Assembly: GCF_006345805.1 (NCBI RefSeq)
Contig: NC_043014.1
Span: 3,844,001 to 3,908,000, forward strand
Direction of reading: 5' to 3'
DNA: 64,000 nucleotides
Origin: Octopus sinensis
Taxonomy: Eukaryota
Part shown: positions 1 through 13,864 of the stretch, in pieces
How the letters are laid out: every line of letters begins with the position of its first letter
How positions within the stretch are numbered: the first letter of the stretch is position 1
Notes under the pieces: generated by a model
Database searches by the model: none
What the model was told of the DNA's origin: nothing
What the model saw: only the letters and a program-made list of their open reading frames with translations
Position numbers and translations under genes: made by a program

Positions 1-750
1 GCCGGAAGGCGTTCACGAGACGCACGCGGTCGATACGTCGACGTGGTCCGTCCCGTAAAATCCCGAAAGATGACAACTGCGGCTAGCACGAGGTAGCGGC
101 AGGCCTGCGCCCGTCGCCCGTTGCTCCACCGCGCTACCGTGCCCGAAATCGAAAGAACGAACCTATGCTCGCGGTGTGGCCCACTTACGAGTGGACGTAG
201 CCGCGACCGATGTCGCGAGATGCACGCGCTCGATACGGCGACGTGGTCCGTCCTGTAAATTCCCGAAAGATGACAAACAGCGGCCAGTATAAGTAGGGGC
301 TGCCTTCGCCAGCAGCTCCGCCACGCGACCGTGCCCGAAATAGAAAGAACGATCCTAAGCTTGCGGTATGGCCCGAGTACGTGTGGACGTAGCCGCGACC
401 GATGCCGGAAGGCGTTCACGAGATACACGCGGTGTATACGGCGACGTGGTCCGTCCCGTGAAATCCCGAAAGATGACAACTGCGTCTAGCACGAGGTGGC
501 GGCAGGCCTGCGCCGGTCGCCCGCGTCTCCGCCGCCCTACCGTGCGTGAAATCGAAAGCACGAACCTAAGCGCGCGGTGTCGCCCACGTACGCGTGGACG
601 TAGCCACGACTGATGTTGCGAGGTACAGGCGTTCGATACGGCGACGTGGTCCGTCTCGTAAATTCCCGAAAGATGACAAACTGCGGCCAGTGCAGGTATC
701 GGCCGATAGCGGCGGGCCTGCGCCCGCCTTCTCCCGCCTTCTCCCGCCTT
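1..750 (+). repeat. GC-rich rDNA spacer subrepeats, ~200-bp period with A/B alternation (~400-bp higher-order unit)
   Basis: Core GACGTGGTCCGTC..GTAAA.TCCCGAAAGATGACAA recurs at 40, 240, 443 and 643; the array runs directly into 5.8S. Confidence 0.8.
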
Positions 751-754
751 CGCC

Positions 755-913
755 CGAGTGGACGGGGGATCACTCGGCTCGTCCGTCGATGAATAGCACG
801 GCTATCCGCGTGAACTGTTGCGAATTGCAGGATTCAGTGAACATCGACACCTCGAACGCACATTGCGGCCCCGGGATTCCATTGTCCCGGGGCCCCGTCC
901 GGTCGAGAGGCGG
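755..913 (+). rRNA. 5.8S rRNA (probable pseudogene copy)
   Basis: GGATCACTCGGCTCGT..GTCGATGAA, GAATTGCAGGA, GAACATCGAC..CGAACGCACATTGCGGCCCCGGG match the 5.8S consensus; differs from the copy at 48742 at conserved sites. Confidence 0.9.
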
Positions 914-1407
914 TCACGACACGAAAACGCCGTCCGCCGTGGCCGTTGGCTGCGGCGGGGAGTCGGGAGTCGAAGGAAAGGGCGGCGCTCGCAGCGAGGC
1001 CAGCATTATCTAGAGCGCGAGCCGCCGCCGCTCGATTGTCCGTCTCCCGTAATGCTAGACCGTCATCGTTGCGAAGCGCTGTTGCGACGGCCGCACCGCC
1101 CCGAATCGCGCGGCCGACGACGACAAATCGCGGAGGGAGCCCGCCGACGAGCGGAAGCAGAGGAGTAGGAGCAGTAGTAGGAACAAGGACAACACGGTGA
1201 GGCCCCTCGTCCCGTCCGCGTCCTCTACGTCCCTCCGAGCAACCGCCCCCCTCCCTCGGTGACGCCGCCGCCGTCTCGTCTTTCGGCGTTCAATCTGTGG
1301 GAATATCTCTTTCGTGCGAGCGTTCGTGCCGATCGACAGCGGTGCGCCGGTTGCAGCACGAGCAGCAGCCGTCTCTTCGCAGCGGGGATCTCTTCTTTTT
1401 TCACGCT
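914..1407 (+). other. ITS2
   Basis: GC-rich spacer between 5.8S and the 28S start; repeated at 48901-49394. Confidence 0.8.
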
Positions 1408-1762
1408 GCCCTCGACTCAGACGCGATTACCCGCCGAACTTAAGCATATCGCTAAGCGGAGGAAAAGAAACCAACCGGGATTCCCTAAGTAACGGCGAGT
1501 GAACCGGGAGAAGCCCAACGCCGAATCTCGTCGGCCGCGCCGGTCGTCGAGAGCTGTGGCGCAAGGGTCGTACACGGTCGATCGTTTCGCCCGGCTAGGT
1601 TCGGAGTCCCCTCGATCGGGGCTGCCCAGAGCGGGTGCCAGGCCCATTCGGAGCCGGCGGCGATCGACGGTGTTCATCGGCCCGAGAGTCGGGTTGCACG
1701 AACGACGCAGCATTTTGTCAGTTACGTGTGGGTTCCGGCGGTAAGCCATATACCAGCTTTAA
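1408..1762 (+). rRNA. 28S rRNA 5' fragment (through D1), truncated
   Basis: ACCCGCCGAACTTAAGCATATC..TAAGCGGAGGAAAAGAAAC.AAC..GGATTCC..AGTAACGGCGAGTGAA; similarity stops near 1762, followed by CA-rich DNA. Confidence 0.92.
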
Positions 1763-2519
1763 ACACACACAACCATAATCATCTTTCCCCTCCAGTCACA
1801 CTACCACCGAGCACTTCTCAGGACGCACACCACATACCTTTATCCGCATACACTCACACAATCTTTAATAGCAGCTCCACACATGCCACTATACAGGCAG
1901 TCACGCACATTGTTTCACCCAGTACACACGCCATAATGCACACTACTGCACCCAGACAGGCGCATAACACATGAATACAGACAATGCATATACACAAACA
2001 CGCAACGCACATAACCACACGCAGTATGCATACGCACCGACAAATATCGCCCTCAATACATAATCAATACACATGCACACAATTTGGTCATTGGCACATA
2101 CATACACAAGTACAGGCTCCACCTGAACAAGGACACATCACATTCTACACACAACACGCACACGTTAATCCCACACATACACACACGTCCATATGCATAC
2201 TAACACAGATACACATTTCCATACGAACACACACACATATATACACCCAGACTCGCTCATACATATCTACCCACACGCTGCCATTCACATATACACCCTC
2301 ACACACACCATTCACACACGCTTGAGCACCGTAGTTCGTTTGGATTACAGTTACACTTGTTATTTTCATACACCCTCAACAAATTAGACTGCTGGAAAAG
2401 AAATAATCTTAACATCGATTTACAACAAGCAATCTCAGATGCAAAGAGGCCTCCAAAGTAGGTCCCTAAGCTGTATCTAATGAAACTGTTTTCTAGAGCC
2501 GTACGAATCTGGGTTTTAT

Positions 2520-3730
2520 ACCCATTTCCTCTCTCCATCTCTTCACATCTTTCAGGATAGTTCCCAATACACCTCTAAGTACTCCAATACATTTTCCTCT
2601 CAAATAGAGACAACAGAAAGGCCAGGTCCTCGTACTATACTCTTCTTTCTATACTTCTCCTATTAATGTTTTCATTATTTGGGACTGAAAAGTCAATTGT
2701 CTGGATACATTCTATTCTCTTTATCTACTACTACTACCAAATCAGACCTTCAAGCTTCTATTACTGTGTCAGTCTGAATGTTAAAGACCCATACCATTTT
2801 ATATCTCTTACATTCTACTAATTTACTAGGTTCATGTTCATACCAGTTATCACCATGTTCAAATAGTAGCTTTCTACATAGCTTCCAGTGGATTATCTCT
2901 CTAGATTATCATGTCTTTTCTACTATTCCTTCTGTACCAGCATGCTACATTTACTTACCAAAGGATTAACGCTTTCCTCTTTTGATTTCCATAATATTCA
3001 TTGGTAATCTACTTTGTTTTTGTCTATTTTGGCCATTATCAAATTAGTCCTCCATACTTGATCTTATGCCGCTACTAACAAACTTTGTCTTCCGCTCCAG
3101 CTTCCCTTTCTGCAAACATGACCATCTCCCAGTACTACAATTTGATGCTACTATCTTTGGAAATCTACCATCCATAGGAGTCTATATCTAATCAAGGTAA
3201 CTCCAAAAAGTCTCCTATTGATATTAACCCTCTTCCGCCTTCATTTCTGTGTTGATATAATCTTACTACTCCTGCCTTTGTGTGGAGTCATCCATCTGTC
3301 TAAATTTGCAAATACAGTTTTTGTCTAATTTACAAAAGCTGCTGAGTATCTAAGTAATGAGACTGCCTAAGTAAACACGGCCTTCACTACATTTGGACTA
3401 TTTACCTTTGCCTTCATTAGCTTCCTCACCCTCCGATGTACTCCTTCTCCATTTTCGTTTACATTTCTGTATTTAGTACCCAGATTCTAATACTCCTCGA
3501 TACTTACTGCTCTCTCCTCCTTCCAATCATTTAAAGGTCTGGCCATCTGTTAATTGGACGTCTTCACTGTTGACTATCTGCCCCTTCTCATAACTAATAT
3601 CTATGCCAAATTCCATGCCTATATCGTTGTTGAAGTGTCTTACAGTCTGTATTATAAATGTAACGTTTTTTCACTCTTACTAAATACCAACAGATCTTCC
3701 ATGAGGAGCAATTGTGACCCGTTGTGGATG
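2520..3730 (-). mobile_element. Decayed R4/Dong-like non-LTR retrotransposon fragment (RT end, thumb, RLE)
   Basis: Minus-strand fragments LLLMEDL..FSKSE (HLLYMDD-like), NDIGMEFG, HTKAGVVRLYQHRNEGGRGLISI and RSDLVVVDKEN (RPD motif); many stops; near-identical copy at ~50507-51717. Confidence 0.7.
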
Positions 3731-3989
3731 GTAGTAGTGTTTGGGACTGTTTTTGAAAAAACAATTTTTTCAAAACAGTCCCAATCGCTGCTATAATCCA
3801 TAACGAGGCACATTTAGGTCAATTGACCATTTAACACGCTACTACTATCACACTACCTGCATTCCTTCTTATTCTCCCTTCTGATTCTCCTTCTTCTTCT
3901 TCGTCTTCTTCCTCTCCTTCCAACTCCTTCCTAACTTCACCACTATTGCTGTTTAGAGTAATACCTAGGCAAACTTTATAAACAAAACA

Positions 3990-4620
3990 TTCAGAAGTGA
4001 TGTCTCAATAATTCAGTCACTAAAAACTGCATGGCTGCAGTTTAATGACTGGAAATATGTACAGGTGTGGTTTCATTTATTATTCTAGTTGAAGAGCATT
4101 TAGGACGTATCTGAGTGGTATGAGATCCGAATATAAGGTGTGGGAAGTTTATGTAGATATAGGTTAAAAATTGTCACTGAGAGGACAAATAGTCATATTC
4201 CAGTCGAATTTTCAAGACTATTTTCCGTGTAAAGTCCATAGACATAACAGCCTTATATGTATTTAGCTAAGCAGCATTCTGCGGTGTTTCCTAAGTGGAT
4301 GTGAAAAGTTATTCATGGGATGGTAACGGAGAATTGAGCGGAAAGATCTGCGGATGTTGATTTTTGTTAGAGTTGTACATGTGGGCGTAATTCTTTTGTT
4401 GTAGCCATTATATATTTCATGATAAGTTTGTAAAGTAGTGTGGTGCTTCAGTGAGTTTGTCTTAGTTTGTATTATGAATCCGAGTGATTCTTTGAAAAGC
4501 CATACGTCTGAGATGGTGGCGCCAGTACGAGACTTGCTTGAATTTTTAAAGTTGCGCGTGAACAGTTGATATCTTTCTGTGATGGTACTTCATTCTAAGG
4601 TTTGGTGTATTTGAGACAGT
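3990..4620 (-). mobile_element. Highly decayed LINE RT remnant
   Basis: Minus-strand VLSVTIFNLYLHKLPTP..ISY resembles the LSPxLFNLY...SYADD region. Confidence 0.4.
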
Positions 4621-4819
4621 AAAGAAATTCCTGTTAAACTAAATATCATTTTACTTTAAGATTTAAATGTTATGCACAGAACCTTACACCATGATTGTTG
4701 GACTATTCGCCCAGGTTTACATTGTTATGCTTTCATATTTCTCACAGTCTATCATGTGTTTTTGTTTTTTCGTTTCTTTTTCAACATTTTCTGAAGGCAA
4801 GTATAACAAATTATGACTG

Positions 4820-5060
4820 TGGCAATGGCTCACCAATTAAGCTGAATACTTTGTTGTCCAACCACTGTAACTTCATAGCAACAGCAGGTTCTCGTATAAA
4901 ACAGACATCGCACAGAATATTATGGTCATGATGGGATTTGGCGTTAATGAAAGAAATGATTGTATTAGTCGTGTATAAGTTTAATTGATATTTACTACGA
5001 TATATAGTTGCGGATTTTTCTAGCTCCGTTGTAAAAGAATAGGCACGAATATATATGAAG
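4820..5060 (-). pseudogene. Decayed copy of the C4-like domain exon (paralogue A)
   Basis: KYQLNLYTTNTIISFINAKSHHDHNILCDVCFIREPAVAMKL aligns with EYQLEHYTTNKLFSFANAKSLHDHDVPCAVCLTRQPAVVMML of exon 16498-16997; then a deletion/frameshift to YSGWTTKYSA and a stop. Confidence 0.8.
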
Positions 5061-5181
5061 TAAGACAAGCTGAATATGAAATAAAATAAGCATTGTTTCA
5101 AAGCAGGCCCTGAAAAGGAACTTTCAACATTCAGATTGCGATGGTAAAGAACAATGATGAGCTTACGCATGATTTCTATGT

Positions 5182-5212
<31 letters not shown>

Positions 5213-5717
5213 AGTGTGTATGTGTTTGTGTGTGTGTATGTGAGTGTGTGCGGCTTTAACGACAAAAGCTCATTAAAAGCGGAACAGTATAAAATCTATT
5301 GATGTATTGTACACAAGAGATTTGGGGTTTAGATATTCTTTGTTCTGGTGACGTAAATAAAGGTCGCATGTTCCGTATTACTGTCTCTGGGATAAGAAAT
5401 ATTTTATTGCCTTTCTAAATAAACAGAGGTTTCCTGATACGATATCGGAATGGAGGGGAATAGACAACAGGATGACGCAGACAAAATTTGAAGGGCCTAT
5501 GGATCTCCCTAATTTTACTGTCCAATGGAAACCTTTATCATGGTCCAAACCAATCAGTATATGACCTGAGAAGGTATGCAAGCCGAGACTATTTGTATAA
5601 AAATGTAATTTGTAACTTTGGCTTGTAATACTAGAATGACCAGTTTGTTAATTTGGTGTCACGGTTTCTATCCGAGACAAATACAATTCGGATTTCGTTA
5701 ATTACATATAAGCCTAC

Positions 5718-5842
5718 ATCCATCCATTTATCCATCCATCCATCCATCCAGCCAGCCAGCCAGCCACCCATCCATCCATACATACATACATGCATACATA
5801 TATACATACTTACATACATACATACATACATACCTACATACA

Positions 5843-5876
<34 letters not shown>

Positions 5877-5960
5877 CGTACATACATACATACATATATA
5901 CATACATACATACATACGTACATACATACATACATACATAATACATACATACTTACATAC

Positions 5961-5991
<31 letters not shown>

Positions 5992-6151
5992 CATAATACA
6001 TACATACATATATACATACATACATGCATCCATACATACATACATACATACGTACATACGTACATACATACATATATACATAATACGTACATACATACAT
6101 CCATACATCCATCCATACATGCATCCATCCATCCATATATACGTACATACG

Positions 6152-6185
<34 letters not shown>

Positions 6186-6284
6186 CATACATAATACATA
6201 CATACATACATACATACATACATGCATAATACTTACATACATACATACATACATATATACGTACATACATACATACATACATAC

Positions 6285-6315
<31 letters not shown>

Positions 6316-6380
6316 CATGCATACATACATGCATACATGCATACATACATACATACATATATACATACATACATACATAC
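5718..6380. repeat. (CATC)n/(TACA)n microsatellite
   Basis: Direct inspection. Confidence 0.95.
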
Positions 6381-6389
6381 AAAAATATT

Positions 6390-6960
6390 ATCGAAAAGTC
6401 TACACTAGATGTCAAGAAAAGATATGTAGGGAAATTGTCGTGCCCAAGATTACTGTCCGGGACGCAGTACACCCGACCAGAGAGTCGTTCAAAGACAGAT
6501 CTCCAAGGAAACATTGAAATATTTCCAATGTTCAGACGCTGTAAACCACGAAAATGCACACGATCAAGTGCCCTGGGGCATGTTGCGGATGGTTTTCCAG
6601 GAAGATGTGTTTAATGTGCAAATACTGTTTGCCATAAAGTACTTATATGGATGTTCAAATGTTTGTATTTATGTAAAAGTCGAAAGTTTACAACTTGAAG
6701 GTTTCACTTAGTTGAAGTGTGCATTGTTAGTGCCCCTTCTCACATTCTTTTTTGTGATCTGGTTGAATATGCGCAACCATTGTGGCAGAGGATTCCCAAT
6801 TCATCTCTACGTGATCGGTCGACTGTTATTTGTAGACGACATGCTGCTACCTGATTCTTCTGATGGTCACCAACAACGTGCACTGAATGGGTTGGCTGCC
6901 GAGTACCCCAAGGCAGGATTGACAAATACGCACTGTGTAGGAAAGTGGAACATCATTATT
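6390..6960 (-). mobile_element. Decayed CR1/Jockey-like LINE fragment (paralogous to ~20150-20700 and ~28010-28455)
   Basis: Clear sequence similarity to the other intronic copies; clade assignment is weak. Confidence 0.4.
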
Positions 6961-7059
6961 GCGGGTCTCTATTCACGAATGATTCAAAGTTGGTGAAATT
7001 ATAAATCATTAGTTAATGAGACACGGGTAAAAGACTTTAGCTATAAAATTAGTTCTTAC

Positions 7060-7111
7060 TTGGTGTGTCATCAGGTTTATCGTCGAGAGATTTCTTGGAG
7101 ATGAAACGGTT
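7060..7111 (-). CDS. 52-nt exon 2 of paralogue A (NRFISKKSLDDKPDDTP)
   Basis: tttttcacag acceptor, gtaaga donor, phase 0 to 1; homologous to 21165-21216. Confidence 0.65.
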
Positions 7112-7214
7112 CTGTGAAAAAATAGAAATAGCATCATATAAATAGGACTTCAGGGTATTTATAATCGTTTAGAACTTAAAACAATGCAATAGATGACAAC
7201 ATATTCGGACAGTT

Positions 7215-7500
7215 ATCATTGCCAACACTACCATCTCAACCCCTTAGAAATCTTCTAGAAGGCGCTTCCATCAAGTCAAAGGATTTTCTGAACAATATCA
7301 GACAATACAACTCTGCATTTCAAATGACATCGTTTGGTGAATCTAAGAAGATAGATAATCATGAATTTACCCCGACGTCAAAGTTCAAGGGCAAGTCTAT
7401 CCCATCATTGGTTCCCTGGTACTCGCGAATGAACAACCACAGTTCCTCAAATTTACTCTATGAGTGATGTAGGACAAGAAACCCTACGTGAGGTGTCAAA
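7215..7500 (+). mobile_element. Helitron RepHel fragment
   Basis: PLRNLLEG..SKDFLNNIRQYNSAFQMTSFG..FTPT.KFKG is the conserved Helitron pre-Rep motif; copies at ~28870-29160 and ~55035-55300. Confidence 0.75.
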
Positions 7501-7604
7501 ATTTCCGATGATGGGTCGTGTTAGACACAGCGCACACTGCTGCAAAGGAGAGTATATCCCCAGCAATGCCGGGTATGTCTGCTAGTACACACACACACAC
7601 ACAT

Positions 7605-7635
<31 letters not shown>

Positions 7636-7649
7636 CACATAGATATTTC

Positions 7650-7690
<41 letters not shown>

Positions 7691-7801
7691 ATATATAGTT
7701 AAATTTAATCCAAACAAAAAAGCACAAAGAAGCACATCAACGCGTGGACGTGGAACAAACATAGTATTATTGGACGCCCAGGAAAGAAAGAAAGAAGGAG
7801 G

Positions 7802-7836
7802 GTTTAACGTTTCGGGTGAAGCTCTTCGTCGGAAAC
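7802..7836 (-). ncRNA. Minimal hammerhead-like motif with variant core, in a Penelope-derived repeat
   Basis: Minus strand GTTT-CCGACGA-AGAGC.TTCA.CCC-GAAACGTT-AAAC; stem II imperfect; copy at 55617-55651. Confidence 0.35.
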
Positions 7837-8922
7837 ATACGAGATGGAATGATCCAGAGGAGGGAATACAGGGGAAAAAATCGCCAAAGGTACACACGCA
7901 CACACATTTTGAATGACCGGAAGGAAATGGGTGATGAAAAGTTCTTTCAAAGACAGGAGAGTGGTAGAGGAGGAGGAATGTGTGTGTAAGTGTGGATAAG
8001 AGCGTGTGCGGAGGTCTGCGTGTGCGTGTGTGTGTCAGTGTGTATGTGTGCAATAATAACACGTGTGTGTGTATGTGTGTGTGTGTGTGGTTGTGGCTGT
8101 TAATCTTTGCGTGTTGTAAGGTTAGTAGTGTTAAGGTCAAGGAAGAAGGAATTGGGCGTGGCTCCTTTTGTCTCTACCCCAGGTCAAGTAGTAGGTACTG
8201 CTAGTTTGATGTATGTGTGCGTGTGCGTGTATGTATATGTATCGTGTGTGTGCATTGTTTGTAGTGTGTGTGTGTGCATGTGTGTGTGTTCGTGTGTGTA
8301 GGCGTAGAGTTAGGGTGTTTGGCGAATAACTGTGCGTCTGTGTGTATACATGTATTTATAATTGTGCGCGTGTATGTATTATTGTGTACCGTGTGTATGG
8401 GACGTATGTGTGGGTTCTTTTGTGTGTGTGTGTATGTATGTGCGTGCGTCTCGTATGTGCGTGTGTGCATGTACGTGTACGTTTGTATGTGTGTGTAAGC
8501 GTATTTGGGTGTATATGCGTGTATCCGTGGGGTTGTGAGTTTTCGGTGTGTGCATTCGTGTGCGTGTGTACGTGCGTATGTGTGCGCATGTTTTTGCGTG
8601 CGTGTGTGTGTGTGTGTGTGTCTATATGTGTATACGGATGTGTATGTGTGTGCGTGTAGGCATATATTGTGTGTATGTATATGTATCGGTGTGTATGTGA
8701 ATTTGTACATGCGTGTGTGTTTCGGGTTTTTCTGGAGTTGTGTGGGTGTAATGTGCGTGCGTGTGTGCGCTTAAGTACGTGTATGTGCGTGTGTGTCTCT
8801 GCCCATGTGTGTATAAGTCTGTGCGTATCTGTATGAGTATTGTTCGTTAAAGGTATATGTAGACATCTGTGCTGGTGTGTGTGTATGTACGTGTGTATTG
8901 TGTGCTTATGATGCATATATCT

Positions 8923-9199
8923 CCGTGATCACCGTCACAGACCAGTTGTTGCTACATATCGCTAGTCACAATGCGCTTCGCGTTGTTTTAGCCTTCAAAT
9001 GACGCCACCCCCTGGCTAGGCGAGCAGGCCAACAGAAGAAAGGGAAAAAGTTGTAGAAAAAGAGTACAGCAGAGATCAACACAACCCACTCCCTGAGCCT
9101 CGTGGAGCATTAAACACTCACAACGCCCAGTCTGGGAATCGAAACCGCGATCCGACAACCATGAGTCCGCTGCCCGAACCACTGGGCCACTGCGCCTCC
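8923..9199 (-). mobile_element. tRNA-derived SINE
   Basis: Head GGAGGCGCAGTGGCCCAGTGG (A box) ... GGTTTCGATTCCC (B box); copy at ~56752-57028. Confidence 0.8.
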
Positions 9200-9958
9200 A
9201 CCCCCACCCCACACACACACACATCACACATATATAAATACATATCGATATATACGCATGCACGTATACTTAAGCATACACACCATAAATATCACAAATA
9301 TACGAATCTACTTATACGCATACACACACACAAACGCACACATATATGTGAGTGGACATACACTGTATAGTGTGATTGTTCGTGTACAATTGACGTGTGT
9401 CTGTGTGCGTACGTATGTGTGTGTGTTTGTGTTTATTTGTGCGTGTGTTTGTCCGTGTGTCTGTGTGTATGTATTTACATTCGTTCTTACATATTGTCAT
9501 ATATAAAAACCAACGTGAATTACAGTCAAACCTTACGAAATTCACCGATCTACATTGGCACTCGCACGTTTTATTTTCAGTTGGAAAGAAAAGATTCAAA
9601 AAAACTCGCCTCACTTCCGTTCCCGATGGAGAGAAATAGATAAATGTGTGTAAATATGTACGTATTCCTATGTGTGCGTGTGTGTGTGTTTGCATGTGTC
9701 TGTTTCTGTGCGTGTGCGCAAGTGTACATCTAGATATAATACTTAACACTAATATTAATAGGGCTAAACGTTGCAGCGACAGGGCATGGCCATGCTGGAA
9801 CCCCACCATTAGATTTTTTTCATTACGCACTTATTTCCCTCTCCAGGATTATGTCTGGTGAAAGAGCGATCGGACAGGAGTACAATTCCACTCTTCTTTG
9901 TGTTTCCTTGGGATGTGTGTATATGTATATATACATATATACGTATATATACATATAC

Positions 9959-10071
<113 letters not shown>

Positions 10072-10239
10072 CAGATATGTAGATAAATAGATTGATAGAT
10101 AGATATGTATGTACATACATACGTAACTATATATGTGTGTATGTATATATGGTATGTATATATATATATGGATGTATGTGTGTGTGTGTATAGCACACAT
10201 AGTGTGTATGTATCTATGTTTTATGTATGTGTCTGATAT

Positions 10240-10425
10240 TATCGCACCACTATCGATTCTTAACTGATGTCGGTGTGTTCACGTCCCCGTTACATAGCGG
10301 TTCGGCTAGAAATACCGATAGAATGAGCAATAGGCTTACAAAGAATAATTCCTGAAGTCGATTTGTCCTACTAAACGCAGTCCTCTAGCATGGCCGCAGT
10401 CATATTACTGAAACGGGTAAAAGAA
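10240..10425 (+). mobile_element. SINE 3' half (same family as 40278-40700)
   Basis: GGTGTGTT.ACGTCCCCGT.AC.TAGCGGTTCGGC...CTAGCATGGCCGCAGTC shared with the full copy. Confidence 0.7.
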
Positions 10426-10439
10426 TATATTTATATACA

Positions 10440-10477
<38 letters not shown>

Positions 10478-10489
10478 CATATATATATA

Positions 10490-10557
<68 letters not shown>

Positions 10558-10965
10558 TAAATAGAGAGAGAGAGTGATACACAGAGATATACAGTGATAG
10601 ATACACACACGCATATATTTGTTTGTATATATATATCTATACATGTTCACGCACTAATATATTCATATATATGTATATTTATATATACATATATATGTAT
10701 ATTATATATACAAATATATGTATATGTATATTTAGGTGTGTGCGCCTGTGTGTTCGTGTGTGATTACGTGTGTGATCTTATGTGTGTGTGTGTGCTCCAT
10801 AGGAACGTATGTATATGGTTCAGGCATACATCCTTACATTCATCCATCGATCGGTACGTACATACATCCACACATTAATACATACCTACGTAAATGCATA
10901 CATACATACATGCATATATAAATACATAAAGACATACCTTTATTAACACAAAATCCATGACTTAC

Positions 10966-11109
10966 CGTTTTCGATTTCTCTTCCATTTTTCCTATTCTTG
11001 AATCTTGATGAAGAATCACGATCGTCAGAACGAGAAGAACCCCAAAAGCTATGAGAGAAGAAATGGAATAACGCTGCGAAATATTCCTGGACAGTTGTGC
11101 GAAATCCAT
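10966..11109 (-). CDS. First coding exon of paralogue A (48 aa, N-terminal TM/signal anchor)
   Basis: MDFAQLSRNISQRYSISSLIAFGVLLVLTIVILHQDSRIGKMEEKSKT followed by GTAAGT donor; near-identical to 39749-39892 and 59412-59555. Confidence 0.75.
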
Positions 11110-11540
11110 TCTGGTGACAGTTGTCGGTCGTACGTGATACTTCGTGTGGCTTCAACTATAGATCGAGATGCGAGGTTTAAGCTGAAGACCTGTAACTGAA
11201 TTCCACGTATTTATTGAGCGCACAACAACCCAGCTCTGGCATAGATCTTATCGTAAATTTATGAACCAATGCGATTGGTGGAACTGTAAAAGCGGGTGTG
11301 AACTTATCTGACAGGTTTAATTATTGGAAAGAGATGGTTTGATATTGTCACACAATAATTAGCAAAATATTTTGATGAATGAGAGACACGTGTAAAGTGA
11401 AATGATTCCTGTTTCTGGATATATTATGATATATTTATTTACTAATGTTGTTAATTAATTTTATTTGTTATTCTTGGGAAACTGTTTTAATATTCAGTGT
11501 GGGAAGTATTTCGTTCAACCAACAAATACACAGACACAAA

Positions 11541-11577
<37 letters not shown>

Positions 11578-11846
11578 AAACACACACACACACACTGACA
11601 CACACACACCAATAAACACTGACACACACACACAAACTAACAAACACACAGACACACACTGACACACATACACACACTAACATATAGACACACACAATGA
11701 CACACACTCATACATTGGCATACACACACACTCACGCACACACATACACGAAAAAACACACACACACTAACACACACACACACACACTGACAGCCCCCTC
11801 TCCTCAACACACACACTGACAAACACACACACACTCACACACACAC

Positions 11847-11894
<48 letters not shown>

Positions 11895-12074
11895 ACACAC
11901 ACACACACTGTTTTAATATCCAGAGTGGGAAGTATTACGTTCAACCCACACAGTAATCGCAAGACTTAATCTAATGAAGTCCGCTGTTCGGATTGGATTC
12001 TTCACAACAAGCGTTAATCGGATTAGAAAAGTTTTATGTGAATATCAAAATCAAAACCTACGAATTCCCACCCA

Positions 12075-13310
12075 CCCATACATACATACAAACATACATG
12101 TATACAGGCATACACACATACATACACAGATACATACATACATACATACAGGCATACATGCATACATACATACATACATACATGCACACATACATACAGG
12201 CATACACACATACATACATAGATACTTACATATATACATACATACATACATACCCCAATACATACATACATGCATACATACACACTCACGAACGTACATA
12301 CGTATATACATACATACATACATACCCCCATACATTCATATATACATACACTCATACATACACACATATATACACACATACTTACATACACACATACATA
12401 CATATATACCCCCATAAATACATACACACACACATATATACATACATACATACATACATACACACATACATACATACAAACATACATACATACATACATA
12501 CACACACACATACATACATACAAACATACATACATGCATACATACACACATACTTACATATATATATACATACATTCCCCCATACATACATACATACATG
12601 CATTCATATACACTCACATACATACATACATATATACATACATACATACACCCATACATACATATATAGATACATACACACATACATCGATACCTACATA
12701 CATTCACACATACATACATACATACATACATACCCCCATACATATATACATACATACACACACATATATACATACATACACACATACATACACACATACA
12801 TACAAACATACATACATACATACACACATACATACATACACACATACTTACATGTATACATACATACATACATACATACCCCCATACATACATATATACA
12901 TACATAGACTCTTACATACACACATACTTACACAAACACATACATACACACATGCTTACATATATACATACATACATACATACCCCCATACATACATATA
13001 CACATACATACACACACACATATGTACATACATACACACATACATACATACAAACATACATACATACACACACACACATACATACATACATACATACATA
13101 CATACTTTCATACATACATACATACATGCATGCATATATGTATACTTACATGTATGTATGCACACATGTATGCACGCATGTAGGTATGAATGTAAGCATG
13201 TATATATCGATAGACATATATACACATACATACATATATACATACATACTTACATCCATATATACATACATACTTACATCCATATATACATACACACATA
13301 CATACATTCA
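12075..13310. repeat. Degenerate (TACA)n microsatellite
   Basis: Direct inspection; much shorter in the second unit (~60410-60655). Confidence 0.95.
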
Positions 13311-13314
13311 TACT

Positions 13315-13860
13315 TGGTGGCTGCCCCCTCATTATCGAGCATGGCCATTGCTCGGTGCTTAATCAATGTTGTTATCGTGCAATGCCTGTGCATGAAGATT
13401 TTTTTAAAGCGAGGAAAGGCTGTGCACTGAGTCAATCCCAGTCACTAATCAACAGCAGCCATAATCCGAAAAGAAGAATAAGTCAACATCATCGGTAACC
13501 ACTGAGCCGCAGGTTTTATGTCGGAGTTATCCCAGTTACCTGAGTTACCCTCTCCTAGAAGGATGCCCTAACAAAGGCTAGAAGTCGTTCACTCCCTGTG
13601 GTTTAACCGCACGATCGGGTATTCAGTCCGATTATTTCTATGTCCCCGCGCATGATACAGCCTTAACACATTTATTGGATGGCCGTTGACTCAAGAATTC
13701 CTCCGCTCTTTGACGGGTTTTGTTTTTCATCCCGCAGGGTTTCCAGTAAACACCCTCTTCACCAAGCAAGCTTGGTTGCGTTGCCGGTTTAGTCGCCGAC
13801 GACCCGAAAATGCAACAGGTTGTACTGGGTTACATGTTACCAGTAGCACTCGAAAGAGAC
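13315..13860 (-). mobile_element. RTE-associated 5'-UTR/SINE-like element
   Basis: Minus-strand TAGCCTTTGTTAGGGCATCCTTCTAGGAGAGGGTAACTC resembles RTE 5' regions; sits between TACA tracts; copy at ~60657-61202. Confidence 0.4.
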
Positions 13861-13864
13861 CTGA

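Noticed and set aside
1-750. CRISPR-like array
   Set aside because: Animal context, intervening sequences are homologous to each other, no cas genes; these are spacer subrepeats
8923-9199. tRNA gene
   Set aside because: A and B boxes are present but continue into a SINE body with no full cloverleaf or terminator
9530-9640. Possible extra exon (EVRRVFLNLFFPTENKTCECQCRS) on the minus strand
   Set aside because: No AG acceptor at the expected position and no counterpart in gene B, whose exon chain already closes in frame
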